Positions 63,748 to 64,000 of a stretch of DNA of 64,000 nucleotides are shown one piece after another. The translations under genes and the position numbers were made by a program. The DNA is from Octopus vulgaris (taxonomy: Eukaryota). The stretch is from assembly GCA_951406725.2 (NCBI GenBank), contig OX597817.1, forward strand, positions 80,104,001 through 80,168,000, in the 5' to 3' direction. Numbering within the stretch: the stretch's first letter is position 1; the number at the start of each line of letters is the position of its first letter. The notes beneath the pieces are model-generated. The model was not told the DNA's origin and searched no databases. It saw nothing but the letters and a program-made list of their open reading frames with translations.

Positions 63748-64000
63748 TATCTCTCTATATATAAACGGCAGTTTGTCTGTGCGTGTTTCTGTGTGTCTGT
63801 TTGCTTGTACCCTCACCCTGACCACGGCTTTCAACCGATTCTGATGAAACTTGACACACACATAGCCCAATGTCATAATTCAAAACTAACGCAGCCAAAA
63901 TTTTGAAAAGTTTCCCCAGTTCTGAAAAAAATCGATAAATTCGACATGGGGTCGAGAATCTGAAACACGAACCACAAACTGTCTAGGGGACGCAACTCCA
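63748..64000 (+). mobile_element. Probable 5' end of a non-autonomous Helitron-like element
   Basis: a|TCtctctatatataaa..., a gtctgt-rich stretch, then accgattctgatgaaacttg, resembling known Helitron-derived repeat 5' ends; cut off by the window edge. Confidence 0.45.

Overview
AT-rich, microsatellite- and transposon-dense animal DNA. The SINE repertoire and (TA)n/(CA)n load suggest a cephalopod (Octopus-like) genome, which is an inference. No host protein-coding gene can be supported; most ORFs in the track are translated microsatellites. The main signal is at 25.0-41.3 kb: two co-oriented (minus-strand) head-to-tail arrays of short (1.6-2.5 kb) retroelements. Each unit encodes only a Tx1/L1-type ORF1 (Gag-like, RRM-like region plus one CCHC zinc knuckle), with no reverse transcriptase or endonuclease. 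Family A (3 copies) sits inside the tRNA-like head of a SINE, with the same ~16-bp target sequence at all four junctions and variable numbers of ~200-bp 5' monomers. Family B (5 copies, 2 intact ORFs) has variable 5' ends. Both families share a 3' stem-loop and A-rich tail with a second SINE family, and one copy of that SINE is inserted at the same SINE-head site. This suggests a SINE-targeted, trans-mobilised, ORF1-only (HAL1/HeT-A-like) retrotransposon system. Elsewhere there are Penelope-like elements with inverted pseudo-LTRs and hammerhead-like motifs, RTE and CR1 3' fragments, Tc1/mariner, hAT and Helitron relics, and many SINEs.
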